From NCBI RefSeq assembly GCF_041146345.1, contig NW_027191415.1, positions 682,001-746,000 of the forward strand: 64,000 nucleotides of DNA, written 5' to 3'. Below, one piece after another: positions 60,445 through 64,000 of the stretch. Under the pieces are notes generated by a model. The model saw nothing but the letters and a program-made list of their open reading frames with translations, had not been told where the DNA came from and did not search any database. Both the position numbers and the translations under genes were made by a program. The DNA comes from Neodothiora populina (taxonomy: Eukaryota). How positions within the stretch are numbered: position 1 is the stretch's first letter; every line of letters starts with the position of its first letter.

Positions 60445-61479
60445 CTACTCCGGCGGTGCGCCGCTGCCCTCGCCCGCAGGTCTGCTTGTCAGGACGGCCT
60501 CGGTGCCGCTGGCAGAACCAGCCGTGCTGCCCTGGGCGCCTGCGCCACCCGCTGCTCCTCTGGGACCCTTTCGCTTGTTGTCCTCTTCCTGCTTCTCGTT
60601 GTTGATGCTCTCGACGTACTTCTCAATGTCCTCGACCTTGAGCATCTCTAGCGGCTTTCCGGGCATCATGATGGCGATTTCGATGTTCTTGGCACCCGTC
60701 TGGACGACCTCGAGTAGCGACTTGATGGTAAGCTTGATTGTCTCCTCGCGATCCATGCCCTCCTTGTGGTTGCGCTCGAGGAACTCGCGGACGGTCTTGG
60801 ACGAACGACCGATGGCATTTGCTTTCCTACATAGAGACGCATGTTAGCGGGGGCGTGGCAGTGTATTTCGAATCAGAGAGCGTACCATGCTGAGTAGATG
60901 CCGCTCGGCTCGGTCTGATATAGCTTGGCTTCGTTGCTGGCTGGGTCGAAGCCGATTACTAATGTGGAGATACCGAAAGGTCTGACGCCTCCTGATTGCG
61001 TGTAACGCTGTTGCACGCCAGCGATGTATTTTGTGATGTATTCGATGGAGACGGGATCTTCGACGGTCAATCTGTGACTCTGTGCCTCCAGTCGAGCCTT
61101 GTCCACGAGGATTCGTGCATCTGCGTTGAGACCGGCGAAGGCGAGGCAGACGTGGTTGTCGACAAGAGAGATTTTCGATGGGGTGATTCGGGTGTCTTGT
61201 AGTTTCATCGCACTTCTCTTCTCACAGCCCAACACGACGATGCCTTGACCCTTGACTCCGACGGCGCAAGTTCCTGTAAAGGTGGTGAGTGATGGACGCT
61301 GCTGTGCTCGCGACAGACGCAAGTACCTCGCTTGACGGCTTCCAGCGCATACTCGACCTGGAAAACGTGTCCATCAGGACTGAAGACTAGATGAACATGT
61401 GGTTAGTCAAAGTCATCGACGCAAGTAACTTGATGGCGGTATTTGTACCTGAGAGAGCTCGGTCGTAGCCACTCGCCAT
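60445..61479 (-). CDS. PRE6: 20S proteasome alpha-4 subunit, 4 exons
   Basis: [39 protein letters not shown]...[10 protein letters not shown]...[11 protein letters not shown]...[15 protein letters not shown]. Confidence 0.96.
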
Positions 61480-62459
61480 CTTGGTGGTTGTTGAAGTGTT
61501 CCTTTGATTTGATCCAGTGACAATGCAGTGTAGAGACGGAAGAGACGATGGGACTCAAATTAAGGGTAGAGACTCTTTGTGAATTAATTTCTGATGATGC
61601 AGAGGGTGGTGGTTTATGATTGGATGTTAACGGATTGGATCATGAAGCTTCGACTCTGTGTACTGTGCTGTGCTGTACCTTACCTAGTGCACCTTAACTG
61701 TCACCGTCACCACGACCAACTGGAAGCTGACGCTGCACGGCTGGAGCCTGTCGAGCCTGTGCTGCAGGCGACCACCCAGACGCGAATCCACTCTCACTGC
61801 GTATACTACAGCACGTCATGTAGGGCGACCCTGTTCACTGTTTATTCTACAGTAGATATCTCGTATATCCGTGGACTATTTCTATATCCCAGAGCTGGCT
61901 CGAGGATTCGTCTGTTTCCATATCGTCTCAGCTGTGCCTATCGCTGTCTGTTTTCTGAGCTGCGTAGATCAGTCGGAGCATCTGACGAGGATCACGGCAT
62001 GCTTGACTTCGGTGGGCTGTAACTTGGATACATCCAGGGATATTTGACACCATTACGCTTTTGTCGATTCGACCATCATGATTCAAGTCCTGTTTGTCGA
62101 GTGCACTCCATACAGAAAGAACATATGCAGCATTTTATAGTTTCCTGCCGAGCAATATAGAGACAGGAGAACAAAAAAGTAGTTCCCTTCTATTGGATCT
62201 AAGTGGCACACATACAACATACAAACCACACGCCTGATGGCCCTCGACCCAGAATATAGCCTTTTGTCTTCCATCGTCACACAGAGAGGAAGAAAAAAAG
62301 AGTCCACGAATGCCATTTGTAAATGCAACAGTTGAAATCCGCCATGAAACGCCGTCGCTAGCACGCTGGAAAAAATGTACACAAGAACAACAATTGCAGC
62401 AGCAGCAGCAGCAGCACTTGGACAACAATAACTCAGCCTGGAAATTCATCGTTATGTGT

Positions 62460-64000
62460 TCATTGCTCCGGTGCCTTGTACGTCCCTGTCGCCATTGCTG
62501 TTGCCGGAGTGGTGGCAGACTTCTTGTCCTCGATCTCTGTCGGGTTCTTGATGTCCTGCGTCACACCATTGTTGTTGGTCGTGGTCGTGGCATTGGATGC
62601 AGGAGGGGCCTCCGAGGCTGGACTATCGGTGATTTGCTTGGTCTGCACGACGTCGATGATCGTCTTGCCGATGTCATCGAACCCGTTGATTCTACCCAGA
62701 CGGCTATCGAACAGTTCGGCATCTTTGAGAAGTCTGGTACGTGTCGTTAGCTTGAGCCTTGAACAAGAAAACAAATGTGTGACTAACCTTTGTTTACCAC
62801 CAGCCGTACGAACCTCCGCTTCCGTGAATGCTCGTGTCCATGTATCCTTGTAGCCGTTGAATATTTGCATCACGATGCTGTTAGCGTCCGCCTCAAATAA
62901 GTGTCTGGACAGCACTCTGTACAGAGTAGCTGTCTCCTTGGTCAGCGTTTCCATGTAAGGACTTGGGCCTTCGGACTCGGCCTCAGCATCAAAGTCGATC
63001 TTCTTCATAGCATTGACATGTGAAGATGCTCGGGTTGTCATTATGTCTACAAGCTTGTCATGGATACCCATCTGGTGATCTTGATACATTCGCTTGACCT
63101 TGTCAAACTCTGCGAGCGTCTCCGCTCTGGCACCACTGGCACCTATATGTCGCCGGACTGCTTCTCGCATGTATGGAACCAGTGTGATGACAAAGCTCAA
63201 AGCCTGACTGGCAAGGGCCAAATGTTTCGTAGTAATGTTTTTAAGACCAGCGATGCGAGTTGCACCAGCACCCAGAACGAGCTGTGACGTCCGTGAGTTG
63301 AATGTCCGGAGGAGCTCGGCAATTGCTTGTACCACGACCGGACCGATAGATGGCACACTGGCAATAAGAGAGAGGAAGTTCTCGAGAGGGTCCAGAAGAG
63401 TCATAGCAGAAGCGACCAAGATGTAACGAGTGTCGTCAATGTACGCGGGTCGAGTCTGCGGCCTCGTTGCATTTTTATTCTCGGTCGCGGATGTGCCATT
63501 GGTAAAACCTTTGTTGTTTCCAATTCCATTCGTACCTAGGGCACCATTGGCTTGTTCGGAGGCGAAGTCTTCCCAGACTCGAGTACCTCGCAGCCAGAAA
63601 GTGGGATCAGACGTCATGCTCTGCAGTATACGCGAGAGTCGGGCTTCGTGCTCCTCGTCAAAGTCTTTCGCTTCCCACTGGTCCATATCTAGGGTCTGCG
63701 AGATGCGCTGGTTTTGTGCATCACTCTGGCTGTGAACGAACGCAGTGAGCTGTCCGGCAACGACGGCCTTCAGCGCGGATCCTGAATGACCAGAGATGGC
63801 TTCGCACTCGTCGGCGAAAAGACGATTCAAGGTTGAATACCGCACGAACCGCTGAAGTGGTAGGCGAACACTTTGTTCTGTGCGCACTTTCAAAACTCGT
63901 GTGATCTGCGTCTGCGCGACATCAACGGCCTGACCTAACAAACTCGACAGGTCTAGCGCCTGTGTTACTTGCTCTTGCAAACTCGCCGACCTACTGCGCT
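62460..64000 (-). CDS. VPS54: GARP complex subunit Vps54 (3' portion; 5' end lies beyond the window)
   Basis: FNSRTSQLVLGAGATRIAGLKNITTKHLALASQALSF...HQMGIHDKLVDIM...PSPYMETLTKET. An in-frame intron is likely near 62737-62788. Confidence 0.92.
   Translation of the reverse strand, partial: RSRSASLQEQVTQALDLSSLLGQAVDVAQTQITRVLKVRTEQSVRLPLQRFVRYSTLNRLFADECEAISGHSGSALKAVVAGQLTAFVHSQSDAQNQRISQTLDMDQWEAKDFDEEHEARLSRILQSMTSDPTFWLRGTRVWEDFASEQANGALGTNGIGNNKGFTNGTSATENKNATRPQTRPAYIDDTRYILVASAMTLLDPLENFLSLIASVPSIGPVVVQAIAELLRTFNSRTSQLVLGAGATRIAGLKNITTKHLALASQALSFVITLVPYMREAVRRHIGASGARAETLAEFDKVKRMYQDHQMGIHDKLVDIMTTRASSHVNAMKKIDFDAEAESEGPSPYMETLTKETATLYRVLSRHLFEADANSIVMQIFNGYKDTWTRAFTEAEVRTAGGKQRLVTHLFSCSRLKLTTRTRLLKDAELFDSRLGRINGFDDIGKTIIDVVQTKQITDSPASEAPPASNATTTTNNNGVTQDIKNPTEIEDKKSATTPATAMATGTYKAPEQ

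Noticed and set aside
62310..62750. Plus-strand polyQ ORF near the VPS54 3' end
   Set aside because: It arises from a short CAG repeat in the VPS54 3' flank and runs antisense to VPS54.
1..64000. tRNA, rRNA, CRISPR arrays, transposases and stop-codon readthrough to peroxisomal signals
   Set aside because: I saw no cloverleaf or rRNA signature, spaced repeats, DDE/RT ORFs or TGA-CTA readthrough contexts by eye. Covariance-model searches would be needed to exclude small ncRNAs.

Overview
Gene-dense eukaryotic DNA from a filamentous ascomycete (Pezizomycotina). The evidence is short GT-AG introns with RCTRAC/CTAAC branch sites and a typical fungal gene set; the exact taxon cannot be determined from this window. 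About 22 protein-coding genes can be modelled by hand, in order: a DDX60/Ski2-like helicase, TAF6, a secreted alpha/beta hydrolase, queuine tRNA-ribosyltransferase accessory subunit, CDC8, SLX1, a KDM5/JARID1 demethylase, cysteinyl-tRNA synthetase, TRM61/GCD14, a CASTOR-type ACT protein, an uncharacterised protein, TLG1, a METTL25-like methyltransferase, an AIM6-like phosphodiesterase, MTHFR, a chromodomain/coiled-coil protein, a GFA/CENP-V protein, an inositol polyphosphate 5-phosphatase, a CHY zinc finger protein, PRE6 and the 3' part of VPS54. I found no rRNA, tRNA, CRISPR array or intact transposon. The most interesting signals are regulatory: (1) a hidden stop-containing 58-nt exon with a hairpin inside the TAF6 intron; (2) a CASTOR-like amino-acid-sensor homologue preceded by Gcn4/CpcA sites, uORFs and Z-DNA tracts; (3) two short motifs, TACAGTA and AGGTAAGGTA, strongly enriched between genes; (4) in-frame upstream presequences suggesting dual mitochondrial/cytosolic targeting of two genes. 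All family calls come from motif recognition, not database searches, and exon boundaries were read by eye.
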